A stretch of 64,000 nt of DNA from Thermoplasmatota archaeon (GCA_029259115.1 JAPDJO010000018.1:17937-81936), one strand, 5' to 3'; shown: positions 37,632-48,200, numbered from the stretch's first letter. Program-made: numbers and translations. Notes: generated by a model not told the origin, from the letters alone.

Positions 37632-38300
37632 ATGGAGAAGGAGGAATTTCTAAAGTTCCTAACGAGTATTCAAGGTATAGGCAAAGCAAAAGCTGAAGCA
37701 ATATACAATAGCGGTTACGATTCTATAGAGAAATTGAAAAAAGCAAAGATAGAGGATCTTACCAATATAAAAGGTATAAACGAGGAGTTGGCTAAGAAGA
37801 TAAAAGAAAAAGTGGGCACAGAGGAAGAAGAAAAGAAGGAGGAGAAAAAAGAAATAAAGGAAGAAACTAAGGAAGAAAAACCAAAGAAAATGATTCCAAG
37901 GATTAAGCCCAAACTTGACGAAAGGATAAAGGATGCCTTGGAAAAGAGAAGGATAAGAAAGGAAAAAGAGCCTGAATTTCTGAGACAGGAATGGTTCAGA
38001 TACAAAAGATTGGAAGAATGCTGGAGGAGGCCCAAGGGTTTGCATTCGAAGATGAGGAAAGGACTCAAGTATAGACCTGCTAGGGTTAAAATAGGTTACA
38101 GAGGACCAAAACTAGCTAGAAACCTTCATCCTTCAGGATTTGAAGAAGTCTTAGTATATAGAGTTGAAGATCTTAACAATATAAATCCGGAGAAACAAGC
38201 CGTCAGAATAGGTGGAACTGTTGGAGTTAGGAAAAGGATAGAGATAGTAAAAAGAGCTGATGAGTTAGGTATAAGGGTATTGAATAGGGGTGAACTATGA
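37632..38300 (+). CDS. rpl32e: 50S ribosomal protein L32e (eL32) with N-terminal HhH domain
   Basis: P.F.RQ...YKRL...WRRPKG..SKMR, GY.GP...R.LHPSG.EEV; N-terminus LTSIQGIGKAKA...L.NIKGI. Confidence 0.96.
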   Translation: MEKEEFLKFLTSIQGIGKAKAEAIYNSGYDSIEKLKKAKIEDLTNIKGINEELAKKIKEKVGTEEEEKKEEKKEIKEETKEEKPKKMIPRIKPKLDERIKDALEKRRIRKEKEPEFLRQEWFRYKRLEECWRRPKGLHSKMRKGLKYRPARVKIGYRGPKLARNLHPSGFEEVLVYRVEDLNNINPEKQAVRIGGTVGVRKRIEIVKRADELGIRVLNRGEL

Positions 38301-38758
38301 CAGATTTAAGGCATCAAAGGAGAATGGCTGCAGAGGTACTGAAATGTGGGGAGAACAGGGTATGGATGGATCCAGATAGATGCGAAGAGATAGCAAAAGC
38401 TGTAACAAGATCAGATATAAGGCTCCTGATAAAAGGTGGTGCAATAGCAAAGAAGCCAGTAAAGGGTATATCGAGCGCAAGAAAGAAGAAGCTCAAGATG
38501 CAGAAAGAAAAAGGCAGGAGGAAAGGTCCTGGTTCAAGGAAAGGAGCAAAGAATGCAAGGTATCCGAGAAAGAGGAAATGGGTTGTCACGATAAGAGCAA
38601 TAAGAGCATATCTAAGGGAATTAAGAGATGAAGGAAAGATAGACAGACATACCTATAGGATATACTACAGAAGAGCTAAAGGAGGAGTTTTCAGAAGTAA
38701 GGCTCACTTGAGATCACATCTAATAGATGAAGGAATAATCAAGGAGGAAGAAAAATGA
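38297..38758 (+). CDS. rpl19e: 50S ribosomal protein L19e (eL19)
   Basis: QRR.AA.VLKCG.NRVW.DP, GR..G.GSRKG, YRRAKGG.F. Confidence 0.98.
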   Translation: MTDLRHQRRMAAEVLKCGENRVWMDPDRCEEIAKAVTRSDIRLLIKGGAIAKKPVKGISSARKKKLKMQKEKGRRKGPGSRKGAKNARYPRKRKWVVTIRAIRAYLRELRDEGKIDRHTYRIYYRRAKGGVFRSKAHLRSHLIDEGIIKEEEK

Positions 38759-39261
38759 GTCAAGGACCAAGATACAGATTGCCATTCAAAAGAAGAAGAC
38801 TAGGTATAACAGACTACAGGAAGAGAAAAAATTTACTTAAATCCAGGAAAATCAGAGCAGTGATAAGGAGATCTTTGAAATATATAACTATACAGTTTGT
38901 GAAATACAACGAAAAAGGGGACGAGGTTTTAGTAGCTGTAACATCAAAGGAACTAGAAAAATATGGATGGAACGGTACTAAAGATTCAACACCCGCAGCG
39001 TATCTAACTGGAATAATCGCTGGAATAAAAGCTAAGGAAAAAGGTATCAATGAGTGTATAGCAGATATAGGAAGATACACGGCAAGTAGAGGAGCCAGGG
39101 TCTTCGCTGCGATCAAGGGAATCATAGATGCAGGCGTAGAATGCCCATGCGATGAGTCTATGTTTCCAAGTGAGGAGAGGATAAGGGGAGAACATCTCCA
39201 GAAGAAACTCAATGTTGATGTTTTTGAGATCAAAGATAAGATAATGGGTGGAGAGAAATGA
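38755..39261 (+). CDS. rpl18: 50S ribosomal protein L18 (uL18)
   Basis: GPRYR..F.RRR.G.TDY..R, PAAYLTG, RVFA..KG..DAG, RI.GEH. Confidence 0.97.
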   Translation: MSQGPRYRLPFKRRRLGITDYRKRKNLLKSRKIRAVIRRSLKYITIQFVKYNEKGDEVLVAVTSKELEKYGWNGTKDSTPAAYLTGIIAGIKAKEKGINECIADIGRYTASRGARVFAAIKGIIDAGVECPCDESMFPSEERIRGEHLQKKLNVDVFEIKDKIMGGEK

Positions 39262-39917
39262 ACGAGATCGATTGGGAACCAAAGACAAAGCTGGGAAGAT
39301 TGGTGAAAAGTGGAGAGATAAGAACAATGGGAGAGGCTCTTAGGACAGGATTGCCTTTGAAAGAGCCTGAGATAGTTGATATACTTCTACCTGATCTGAA
39401 GGATGAAATCTTGGACGTTAATATGGTTCAGAGGATGACAGATTCTGGAAGAAGGGTTAAGTTCGCTATCACAGCTGTCGTTGGAAATGAAGACGGTTAT
39501 GTTGGATTAGGGCATGCAAAAGGTAAAGAAGTCGGAGCAAGTATAAGGAAAGCGATTGAGAATGCAAAGCTCAACATCATAGAGATAAGGAGAGGATGCG
39601 GTTCCTGGGAGTGTAGATGTGGAAAACCTCATACTCTGCCTTTTGCTGTCATGGGAAAATGCGGATCTGTAGAGGTGTACTTCAAGCCGGCGCCACAAGG
39701 TTTGGGTTTGGTTGCAGGAGAAGTCGCAAAGAAGATACTCAGATTAGCTGGAGTGAAAGATATATGGGCATTCACAAGAGGAACTACAAGAACTACCGTT
39801 AATTATGCACAGGCTGTTTACAACGCTTTAAAGAAGAATGCTGAAGTTAGATTAACTGAAGATGAGATAAAGAGATTAAACATAATCTCTGGATCAGCAG
39901 GCGTAGAGGAGGAGTAA
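39258..39917 (+). CDS. rps5: 30S ribosomal protein S5 (uS5)
   Basis: [37 protein letters not shown]. Confidence 0.98.
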   Translation: MNEIDWEPKTKLGRLVKSGEIRTMGEALRTGLPLKEPEIVDILLPDLKDEILDVNMVQRMTDSGRRVKFAITAVVGNEDGYVGLGHAKGKEVGASIRKAIENAKLNIIEIRRGCGSWECRCGKPHTLPFAVMGKCGSVEVYFKPAPQGLGLVAGEVAKKILRLAGVKDIWAFTRGTTRTTVNYAQAVYNALKKNAEVRLTEDEIKRLNIISGSAGVEEE

Positions 39918-39918
39918 G

Positions 39919-40383
39919 ATGGTCTATGCTGTCGTGAGAGTAAGAGGCACCGTGAATATTAGGCACGATATAAAAAAGACTCTAGAGATGCTAAGATTGA
40001 ATAGGGTGAATCATTGTGTTCTGGTAGAAGAGAGCGAGAGTTACAAAGGGATGCTCCAAAAGGCTAAAGATTATATTACCTGGGGTGAAATAGAGAAAGA
40101 CACGCTTGTTGAACTGATAAAGAAGAGGGGTAGATTAATCGGAGATAAACCTTTGGATGATGATTATGTTAAAAGTGCAACATCTTACAAATCTATAGAA
40201 GAGCTTGCTGAAGCAATAATCGAAGGTAAAATAAAGTATAGGGAGCTACCAGAAATAAAACCTGTATTCAGATTATCTCCTCCAAGAAAGGGATATGAAG
40301 GGATAAAGAGGGCATACACTGTAGGTGGAGCTTTGGGTTACAGAGGGAAAGATATAAATGATCTGATAAAGAGGATGTTGTAA
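39919..40383 (+). CDS. rpl30: 50S ribosomal protein L30 (uL30)
   Basis: AVVRVRG, L.R.NHC, TWGEI, FRL.PP.KG, LGYRG..IN.LI.RM. Confidence 0.97.
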   Translation: MVYAVVRVRGTVNIRHDIKKTLEMLRLNRVNHCVLVEESESYKGMLQKAKDYITWGEIEKDTLVELIKKRGRLIGDKPLDDDYVKSATSYKSIEELAEAIIEGKIKYRELPEIKPVFRLSPPRKGYEGIKRAYTVGGALGYRGKDINDLIKRML

Positions 40384-40435
40384 ATTTCAAAAAGTTATTA
40401 AATATGGAGGAAGTAAAATTATATAGAGGGATAGT

Positions 40436-40651
40436 ATGGAGGAAACCCTTTACAGCATAGAGATCCATAAGGAGAAGGGGATGTACATAGGAAAGATATA
40501 CTCTGATGTAGACGGAGTAAAGGAGTTCAGGAATCCAAAGATTGAGGGGCTATTGAGAGAGATAACTTTCGATATACAGCTTGCTCTGGATACATTTTCA
40601 GCGAGATCCATGGAATTTGCCGAAGGAGAGCACATCGAGGAAGAGATATAG
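40436..40651 (+). CDS. small hypothetical protein (paralog of 50428-50586)
   Basis: 71 aa; KEFRNP.IE.LL.EI..DIQ shared with the 50428 ORF. Confidence 0.65.
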   Translation: MEETLYSIEIHKEKGMYIGKIYSDVDGVKEFRNPKIEGLLREITFDIQLALDTFSARSMEFAEGEHIEEEI

Positions 40652-40658
40652 CTAACTC

Positions 40659-41615
40659 TCATTCCAAACTATTCTTCCCACTTTGATTATACCACCTAAT
40701 CATATCTTCCACGGTTTTCTCCAAATCGAAGGTTGGTTTGTAACCTAAAACCCTTCTTGCCTTCTCACAACTTATTATTCTATTTGATGCTAAAGCCCTC
40801 ACACGGAATCTCGTTATCTTGGGATTAGAGGATATAAATTCGTGCAGAGTAGCTAATGTGTATGCGATCCAGAAAGGAACTCTCTTCTCGGGTTTCTCAA
40901 CTCCCAATCTCTCTACCAATTTTTCTATGAACTCTCCAATTTTTACTGTAAAGCTAACAACATTGAAAGTCTCTCCTCTATCATCCCTCTCCAATGCCAA
41001 TCTGAGGCATCTTGCAACATCTACTGGATGGACGATGGATATAGTGTTGTTGCCATCTCCAACCAATACCATAGATTTGCTAGTAAGCATGTCCAGTAAA
41101 ATCTTTGTTGTCTGCCCTCTGGCTCCAAAGACCAGTGGAGGTCTTATGATGGATGTCTTGATCTCTTCATACTCCCCGAGTATCTTTTCTCCCAACAATT
41201 TGGATTTTTGGTAAGCGTTCATGGGTTTCTTGGGAAAATCTTCAGTTATAACTGTATCGGTCTTTGGAAAACCATAAACTCCTGCTGAGCTAGTATACAC
41301 TATTCTATCTATATCATTCCTGATGCATGCCTCTGCAACATTTTTAGTTCCATTAACATTAACATCATAGATTATCTCTTTCTTGCCAAAATCTATAGCA
41401 TAGGCAGCGTTATGGAAAACAGCATCAATACCTTTGAAGGCTTTATCCAAAGTCTCTGGTTTAGTTATATCCCCCCTAAAAATTTCTACCTCGTTTTTCC
41501 ATCTAGTAGTAGATTTCCTTGATAGAATTCTTACTTCATAACCGTTCCTTAGTAATTCTTCAACGAGATAAGAACCTATAAAACCTGTTCCACCTGTAAC
41601 TAAAACCTTCATCAT
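40659..41615 (-). CDS. NAD-dependent epimerase/dehydratase (extended SDR, 3-beta-HSD-like)
   Basis: TGGTGFIG, H.AA, NV.GT.N, TSS..VYG, Y..SK. Confidence 0.9.
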   Translation of the reverse strand: MMKVLVTGGTGFIGSYLVEELLRNGYEVRILSRKSTTRWKNEVEIFRGDITKPETLDKAFKGIDAVFHNAAYAIDFGKKEIIYDVNVNGTKNVAEACIRNDIDRIVYTSSAGVYGFPKTDTVITEDFPKKPMNAYQKSKLLGEKILGEYEEIKTSIIRPPLVFGARGQTTKILLDMLTSKSMVLVGDGNNTISIVHPVDVARCLRLALERDDRGETFNVVSFTVKIGEFIEKLVERLGVEKPEKRVPFWIAYTLATLHEFISSNPKITRFRVRALASNRIISCEKARRVLGYKPTFDLEKTVEDMIRWYNQSGKNSLE

Positions 41616-41728
41616 AAGCAGATTGGTCTCATGTTTAATTATTTTCTCTTGTTATCCATCATAATCTTTTTAAATAGCTCTTATATTCTCTGGTTCATCC
41701 CAAAATATCCTTAATTGGAGGTTCAAAT

Positions 41729-41929
41729 TTGCGTTACACAAGATTTGAAAAGGCTAGAATCATAGGTGCAAGGGCTCTGCAGATATCTATGGGAGCACCT
41801 ATCTTGATAAAGGTTCCGAAAGGTGTTATAGATCCAGTGCAAATAGCAATGTTGGAATTTGAAGAAGGTGCGATTCCAATAACGGTTATAAGAAAATCGG
41901 ACATCAAACCCAAGGTTGATTGGGAGTGA
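41729..41929 (+). CDS. rpoK: DNA-directed RNA polymerase subunit Rpo6 (K)
   Basis: [22 protein letters not shown]; TTG start after GGAGGT. Confidence 0.96.
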   Translation: MRYTRFEKARIIGARALQISMGAPILIKVPKGVIDPVQIAMLEFEEGAIPITVIRKSDIKPKVDWE

Positions 41930-41933
41930 TTAG

Positions 41934-42551
41934 ATGGCGGAAGAGCAGAAATTAGAGGAGCAGATGCTTGTACCAGAAGAGATATACCTTACCTCTGGAG
42001 TCCATATTGGAACAAGGCAGAAAACTTCGGATATGATGCAGTTCATCTACAAGGTTAGAAGTGATGGTCTTTACATAATTGATATCAAGAAGACGGATCA
42101 AAGAATAAGATTTGCTGCAAAATTTTTAGCAAAGTATGAACCAGAAAACATACTTGTGGTATCTGCGAGACAGTATGGTCAAAAACCCATACAGCAATTT
42201 GCAAATCATACCGGAGCTATAGCTATACCTGGAAGATTTTTGCCAGGGACACTTACAAATCCAAACTCAAAAGTCTATCTAGAGCCTGATGTCATAGTAA
42301 TAACGGATCCACTTGTAGATAATCAAGCTCTCCAAGAAGCAAAGAATGTTGGTATTCCTTGTGTCGCTCTTTGTGATACCAACAACGAGTTGAGATATGT
42401 TGATCTCGCTATCCCAACAAACAATAAGGGTAGAAGAGCTTTGGCTCTCGTTTATTGGCTGCTAGCCAGAGAATTTTTGAAAGAGAAAGGAAAGATTAAG
42501 GATTATTCTGAGTTTACTCCAAAGGTAGAGGAGTTTGAAGCCGAGATATAG
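41934..42551 (+). CDS. rps2: 30S ribosomal protein S2 (uS2)
   Basis: [29 protein letters not shown]. Confidence 0.97.
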   Translation: MAEEQKLEEQMLVPEEIYLTSGVHIGTRQKTSDMMQFIYKVRSDGLYIIDIKKTDQRIRFAAKFLAKYEPENILVVSARQYGQKPIQQFANHTGAIAIPGRFLPGTLTNPNSKVYLEPDVIVITDPLVDNQALQEAKNVGIPCVALCDTNNELRYVDLAIPTNNKGRRALALVYWLLAREFLKEKGKIKDYSEFTPKVEEFEAEI

Positions 42552-42553
42552 GT

Positions 42554-43258
42554 ATGGAGAGAAAGATATATTTCTCGTTCCACGACATACCGTTTTCTGA
42601 GCATAACTATTCTTACCCATCTAAGCCTCCCCTGACAAGCAAGACGGAGATTATCCATCTTGGTATAGCTATGATAGTTTTGTCTGTAGCTTTTGCATTC
42701 GCCATGGCAGAAGGGATTTTTGGATTAATTTATTCTAGTGACCCTCTCGGAAACATTCTCTACTACCTCCAATTCTCTTCTCTAGGAATACTAACAGGTT
42801 TCTTTTTTCATGAATTATCTCATAAGCTAATGGCTAGAAGATACGGACTATGGGCAGAATTTAGGATGTTTTCTCAAGGTTTAATGCTAGCCCTGATATT
42901 TGGTATATTTTTTGGCTTTGTTATAGCTGCGCCAGGCGCAGTTAACGTGTGGGGAGGAGCAAGGAGATTTGAGTTTGGAAGAATAGCAGCCGCAGGTCCT
43001 CTTGCAAATATAGTGATTGGTGCACTTGCTATGCTGGGATATATAGAGTTGGGTTTGGACAGTTTTTATGGGAGTGTACTGGGTTTCATTTGTATGGTGA
43101 ATGTATTTCTTGCATTCTTCAATCTCATTCCATTTGGTCCCTTAGATGGTAGAAAGATCATTGCATGGAACTCTATAGTTTGGGCTGTTATGTTTATTAT
43201 CTCCATCTTTCTTTTGGTAGTCTATATGGGTAGAGGAATAGTTATCCCTGGATTTTAG
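42554..43258 (+). CDS. site-2 protease family (M50) zinc metalloprotease
   Basis: HELSH, AAPGAV, AGP.AN, FNLIP..PLDG. Confidence 0.9.
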   Translation: MERKIYFSFHDIPFSEHNYSYPSKPPLTSKTEIIHLGIAMIVLSVAFAFAMAEGIFGLIYSSDPLGNILYYLQFSSLGILTGFFFHELSHKLMARRYGLWAEFRMFSQGLMLALIFGIFFGFVIAAPGAVNVWGGARRFEFGRIAAAGPLANIVIGALAMLGYIELGLDSFYGSVLGFICMVNVFLAFFNLIPFGPLDGRKIIAWNSIVWAVMFIISIFLLVVYMGRGIVIPGF

Positions 43259-43796
43259 CTCTCCTTTTGATATCTTCATAAAGGTTGTTTCCCTCTGAGT
43301 CTATCGATACGATAAGAGGGCCAAATCTTTTTACCTCGAAGATCCAAATAGCTTCGGGCATACCCATGTCTAACCAGAAAACATCCTTAACTTTGGCTAT
43401 GGATTTTGCAGCCACAAGGGAGGCTCCTCCTGTAAAGCTACAGTATACTGCTCCATAATCTTTACAGGCTTTGGATGTTTTAGCTCCCATCCCTCCCTTA
43501 CCTATGATCATCCTTACACCTGTACATTTTATAAAATCAGCCTCTATCCCTTCTAACCTATAACTAGTCGTTGGCCCCGCAGATAAGATTTTCCATTCAT
43601 CGTTCCCTCTTTTTGCTATTGGACCGCAATGATACACCGCAAGATCTCTCATATCTATAGGGATGTCTTTACAACTAGATACTATCCTTCTGTGTGCTTT
43701 ATCTCTAGCTGTGACTAACGTTCCTGATAGATAAACTACATCTCCAACTTTCAATTCTCTTATCTCCTCTTCCCTTAAGGGTGTCTTTAGATCCAT
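43242..43796 (-). CDS. class I fumarate hydratase / tartrate dehydratase beta subunit
   Basis: LSG...TARD.AH, YHCGP, GPTTS.R, IGKGGM, LGMPEA-like, D..GN. Confidence 0.9.
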   Translation of the reverse strand: MDLKTPLREEEIRELKVGDVVYLSGTLVTARDKAHRRIVSSCKDIPIDMRDLAVYHCGPIAKRGNDEWKILSAGPTTSYRLEGIEADFIKCTGVRMIIGKGGMGAKTSKACKDYGAVYCSFTGGASLVAAKSIAKVKDVFWLDMGMPEAIWIFEVKRFGPLIVSIDSEGNNLYEDIKRRAKIQG

Positions 43797-44641
43797 TCCA
43801 CTTCACCATCTTCTTTTATAACAACAGTTGCTCTACGGTTTGCCCAGCATTGAATAGACACAGCAACAGGAAAACTCGCAGGGTGTCTGGATGCATATTC
43901 TATATGCACATCCAGAGCTGTAGTCTTTCCTCCTAACCCCATGGGTCCTATTCCTGTCTCATTTATTCTCTTTAGCAGCCTTTCCTCAAGATCAGCCAAG
44001 GTTCTGTTCTTGCTTCTCTCGCCAACAGATCTAAGTAAGGATCTTTTTGCTAGCTTCATTGCTATGTCAGCGCCGCCGCCTATACCTATGCCTACAATCA
44101 CCGGAGGGCAGGGTTTACCACCACATTCTATAATATGGTTAACAACAAAATCCTCTATCCTCTCAATGCCATCAGACGGATTGAACATTTTAAGAGTTGA
44201 GCAGTTCTCGCTTCCTCCGCCTTTGGGCAAAACCGTTATCTTGCAATCTTTACCCTCAATGAGATTCCATTCTATCCAAGGAATTTTTTCTCCTACATTT
44301 CCAGTATTCTTTTCTGTAAATGGATTTACACAGTTCGGTCTGAGAGGAATTTTTTCGGTTGCAATTTTCACAGCTCTGTGGATGGAACTTTGAATTTCGT
44401 GTTTGTAAGGAAAATCTATTCCAACATCTACGAAGAATATCAATGTTCCTGTATCCTGGCATATCGGTAACTTTTCTTTCCTAGCTATCTTTATGTTCTC
44501 CAAGATAGTTTTTAGTTGGAGTTTCGCTATATGATTTGTTTCTTTTCTATATGCATCTTCTAATGCTTTTTCTGTGTCTTTTGGGAGATCCGTTTCTGCT
44601 TCTTTTATCAGATTAAATATGTGTCGAGATAAATCTTCCAT
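43787..44641 (-). CDS. class I fumarate hydratase / tartrate dehydratase alpha subunit
   Basis: PICQDTG, PKGGGSEN, PCPP..VG.GIGG, GPMGLGG.TT, CWA.R. Confidence 0.9.
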   Translation of the reverse strand: MEDLSRHIFNLIKEAETDLPKDTEKALEDAYRKETNHIAKLQLKTILENIKIARKEKLPICQDTGTLIFFVDVGIDFPYKHEIQSSIHRAVKIATEKIPLRPNCVNPFTEKNTGNVGEKIPWIEWNLIEGKDCKITVLPKGGGSENCSTLKMFNPSDGIERIEDFVVNHIIECGGKPCPPVIVGIGIGGGADIAMKLAKRSLLRSVGERSKNRTLADLEERLLKRINETGIGPMGLGGKTTALDVHIEYASRHPASFPVAVSIQCWANRRATVVIKEDGEVEWI

Positions 44642-44674
44642 ACAAAACCGAGAGTAGAGTGAGAATATATAAAA

Positions 44675-45889
44675 CTAGAGTCTGAGCTTCCTTCTTTGTT
44701 TCTCTTGCTCCTTGCGTATTTTCTCAATCAGTTTCAATTTTGTTAATTCATCTCTTGATATTCTTCCCCTCCTTGGTTTTCTCTCTACTTCCTTTTTAAC
44801 TTCGAGGGGGTGCTCTTTTGTCTCCTTTTCTGGTATCTGCACTCTTTTTGGTTTCTCTATCCTTGGCCTCCTCCTTATTTTAAGGGATAGTATCGTCTTA
44901 GCTGCAATGAGAATCAGTATAAGGATTACGATTATGAAAACTATGTAAAGTCCTCCCACCTGAGGATTTGAGGAAATGCCTTCGACCATCACTATAAAGC
45001 TTCCGAGATACGTTTGGTTTGGATTAAGAACAGATGTTGCATATACTTTTACTTCATAGGGCTTCCCATATTCGAATAATTTTCTTGGAGATGAGACAAC
45101 GAAAGTTACTTTCTTACTCTCCCCAGGCTTTATAACTAATTGTTGCTCCTTTGCTTCAGCTTTTATACCGCTCTCTCCTTCCAATGTAAAATGCAGAGTG
45201 TCTTCATAATATCCTTTATTTGTGACTGTAGCAGTAACGGTAGAAGTAGACCATGGTGGTAGATATATTCTAGGTTGATCGACTACCATCTCAATATAGG
45301 GGTATTTCTGTAATTTAACTGGCACGTATATGTAAGAAGTTCCTATGTTTTTTCCATTGTAACTATATCTAATGCATTTTATACCAATGGTAACCGAATA
45401 ATCCATAGCTGTTTTATCTGCCCACACATAGAGTTTTATATGATGAACTACTCCATCGGTAGTTGGCGAAACCGATGGTGGTATAACTTTCATTTTCCAA
45501 CCTCTGGGATTTCCTTCTACGATTTCTGGATAAAAAGAGAGAGTATTATAACCAAAGAAATCAGCATAATCTTTAAACCTAATTTTTGGCCATATTACCC
45601 AAACCAATAGTTTACCATACCATCGTAAGCCAGGGATATTAAGAAACTCTTGAGAAAAGTAAGTCCAATTAAAACCGTTCTTATCAATTACCGTTATGTT
45701 GATGGAGGTCCATTTTCCCGGTTCTACTGGAGGTATATCACCATCTATAGTAGCAACCACATAGGCGCTCTCTTCCTCTTGCGCTTTTGCTGTAATGAAG
45801 CAGTAGATACTACTAAATAGAATGAGGAAAAGGAATACTAAGATTACTGATGTATTTTTCCTAGACACTATCATTCCCACCCCTTTCAA
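44675..45889 (-). CDS. membrane-anchored surface protein of unknown function
   Basis: Signal peptide, beta-rich Ig-like repeats (VTN.G...DT..F), C-terminal TM and basic coiled tail. Confidence 0.65.
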   Translation of the reverse strand: MKGVGMIVSRKNTSVILVFLFLILFSSIYCFITAKAQEEESAYVVATIDGDIPPVEPGKWTSINITVIDKNGFNWTYFSQEFLNIPGLRWYGKLLVWVIWPKIRFKDYADFFGYNTLSFYPEIVEGNPRGWKMKVIPPSVSPTTDGVVHHIKLYVWADKTAMDYSVTIGIKCIRYSYNGKNIGTSYIYVPVKLQKYPYIEMVVDQPRIYLPPWSTSTVTATVTNKGYYEDTLHFTLEGESGIKAEAKEQQLVIKPGESKKVTFVVSSPRKLFEYGKPYEVKVYATSVLNPNQTYLGSFIVMVEGISSNPQVGGLYIVFIIVILILILIAAKTILSLKIRRRPRIEKPKRVQIPEKETKEHPLEVKKEVERKPRRGRISRDELTKLKLIEKIRKEQEKQRRKLRL

Positions 45890-45934
45890 ATATATTGAGA
45901 TGGTAATGGAAAGCTCTGTACCCTGTAGATCCTT

Positions 45935-46927
45935 TTACTCCCTTTTTGTTCCCATCTTAAAGAATATAGCTACCACGGCTATTATTATGGCAATAATCAC
46001 TATTATCGCCGCTAGCAGCGGTACAGGCATGTAGAATCCGACGTTCTGAACAGTTATATCAACATTGAACTTGTAAGGTTCTATCTGCTCTGCTGTTAGT
46101 TCCGGTTTAGGTGTAACCTCTAATTGAATGGTTAGTGTCTTGATCTCTTCGTGCCATCCTAGATCATACGGTCCGACTATCGAGAAGTGAAATATGGCTG
46201 TCTGGTCAACTGGTATTTCCACAAACGATGGCTGAACAGATGCACCCCATCTTTCTTTTGCCTCACCTATTGGTTCTGCTCTCACCATAACATTTCTGTT
46301 ACAGATGTTCTTTACCTTTATCTCTACCTCTCTAGTTTGATGAGGAGAGATGTCTATCTTAGCAGGTGCTTCAACAGCTATACTTGCAATGAAGTTCGGT
46401 GTAAACGATATTGTGTATCTGTATTTTGCTCCACCAACCAATCCGAGTTTTCCACATGTAGCAACTATCGTTATGTCTGTTGGCTCTGATGGTGCTTCTC
46501 TAAGTGGAGATATTGTTAGGGTAACATTTTTAACTTCTTTCTCTCCTTTATTAGGCACATCTACGATAATATCAGGCTCTGAGAAATATATGGTTGCCCA
46601 ATCTGGTTTTCTCTCTATTTCTAAATGGATTGTCTGCTGAGGTACAGGAGTTCCAAAAATCAGTATTTTTGCCATCATACCAAGGTTTATGGGTATATCA
46701 TGCCAGTAAGATATTTTCAACTGAATTGGAGTTGCAGCGAAGAGGGGCAAAGGTTGACTGAGTTTATCTATATCACTCCCACTAACTTCTATGGAGAGGT
46801 ATGAGGGGAATAATCCACCCTTGGGTTCCTCATCCTGTAGAGGTTTGGCATATGCCAAAGTGGCTACTGAAGATAGGAGGGAAAGCACAACCATTGCGTA
46901 TAGGGCTTTTTTAAACATCTTTTTCAC
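45935..46927 (-). CDS. membrane-anchored surface protein of unknown function
   Basis: Signal peptide, beta-rich repeats (I.V.N..N), C-terminal TM; same architecture as neighbour; RBS GAGGTG. Confidence 0.65.
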   Translation of the reverse strand: MKKMFKKALYAMVVLSLLSSVATLAYAKPLQDEEPKGGLFPSYLSIEVSGSDIDKLSQPLPLFAATPIQLKISYWHDIPINLGMMAKILIFGTPVPQQTIHLEIERKPDWATIYFSEPDIIVDVPNKGEKEVKNVTLTISPLREAPSEPTDITIVATCGKLGLVGGAKYRYTISFTPNFIASIAVEAPAKIDISPHQTREVEIKVKNICNRNVMVRAEPIGEAKERWGASVQPSFVEIPVDQTAIFHFSIVGPYDLGWHEEIKTLTIQLEVTPKPELTAEQIEPYKFNVDITVQNVGFYMPVPLLAAIIVIIAIIIAVVAIFFKMGTKRE

Positions 46928-47060
46928 CTCAGTCGATTTTTATTTTCCATTTCATTATATTTAAATCTTGTTGTACACCTCTTGTTTTTATTTCCTACGC
47001 TCTAATATATATTCTTCTTTATATAAAAAGATTTCCTGACAAAGATAGAAAATTAGAGGA

Positions 47061-47390
47061 TCACTCCCTCAAAATTGGCTCATCTATAGTCTCAATCTCT
47101 GCACTTTCTGGAGTTGTCTCAGCACTGGACTCTATCTCTTCCTCACTTTCTAATTTAACCTTTTTCGGAAAATATGAAAGTATAACTATATCACCAACCG
47201 CATTCACCCATCTGTAAGGCACAGCAACGTCTACGCCCCCTTCTACGAGATTTGGGTTCGTTTTCGTTATAAGCAGGCTAGCTACCTTTTTCTGTTCTAC
47301 ATCTAGAAGAACGTTCTTTACATTCCCAACAAAGATTCCATCTCTAGTGTATACAGGGAGCTTATTCAAAGATGTGACCAAATCCTCCAT
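47061..47390 (-). CDS. PRC-barrel domain protein
   Basis: L...PVYT.DG.FVG.V.NV.LD, VPYRWV.AVGDIVIL; start ATG 47390 after GGAG. Confidence 0.85.
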   Translation of the reverse strand: MEDLVTSLNKLPVYTRDGIFVGNVKNVLLDVEQKKVASLLITKTNPNLVEGGVDVAVPYRWVNAVGDIVILSYFPKKVKLESEEEIESSAETTPESAEIETIDEPILRE

Positions 47391-47816
47391 CTTCCTTCCA
47401 CTCCTTTTCTTACTGCTTAACAAAATAGAATATCTGGTATTAAAATGTGATGGTGGAAAGACAGAAAATCCTTGTTCCCAGATTATAAAAAAGAGTAATA
47501 AATGCAGTAACTCGACTTTTAACACCTTTCTTTCGAGCGGTGAAAAATCTGTTCAATATCTCTCTAAAAGTATTGAATCATCTCCTTACAACATTCCTTC
47601 CTCCAAATATCTCATATTTGTGCTTTAACCCCAATCTTTGCAATGTTCACCTATACCAAGAACTTTATCTGTTTTTGTAAAGGATCCCAATATAGCGGAG
47701 AATAACGGCTGTCAACTTTATCCACACTCCTTTTAGATCAGGAGGTATCAACAATTAACTTTGAAATGTAATTGGTCATTAACTTTTTAAATAAATAGCT
47801 GATTATATATAGATAC

Positions 47817-48185
47817 ATGACTAACATGGGAAAATCCTGGTTAATAGCAGGAATATTTGTGATAATATTGCTATTGGTGGGGATAGGAGCAATAGCAACA
47901 GCAGAAAAATCGAGAGAGAAAGCGTCACCCTTATACAAAGTAAGAATAAAACTGTCAACTGGAAAAACATATGAGATTAAGCCAATTTTCCTAAAGGGAA
48001 GATTAACTATCCTAAGTTGGTTCTGGTACAAACTAGAAAGAATGAGGTATGGGCAAAGATATATATATGAGATACCAACATGCTTTAAAAATCCAACATG
48101 CTATGGATACCCCTATCCAACTTGTATAGGCTTTGACACTTGTTATCCAATGTGTCCAAAAGGTATATCTCCTCCTAAACGATAG
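47817..48185 (+). CDS. small secreted protein with C-terminal Cys-rich (P/D)TC repeats
   Basis: Signal peptide; tail PTCFKNPTCYGYPYPTCIGFDTCYPMCP. Confidence 0.7.
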   Translation: MTNMGKSWLIAGIFVIILLLVGIGAIATAEKSREKASPLYKVRIKLSTGKTYEIKPIFLKGRLTILSWFWYKLERMRYGQRYIYEIPTCFKNPTCYGYPYPTCIGFDTCYPMCPKGISPPKR

Positions 48186-48200
48186 ACGAGATTGAGATAA

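Noticed and set aside
47391-47740. Possible pseudogene or readthrough extension upstream of the PRC-barrel gene
   Set aside because: In-frame stops and no recognisable motif; cannot be supported
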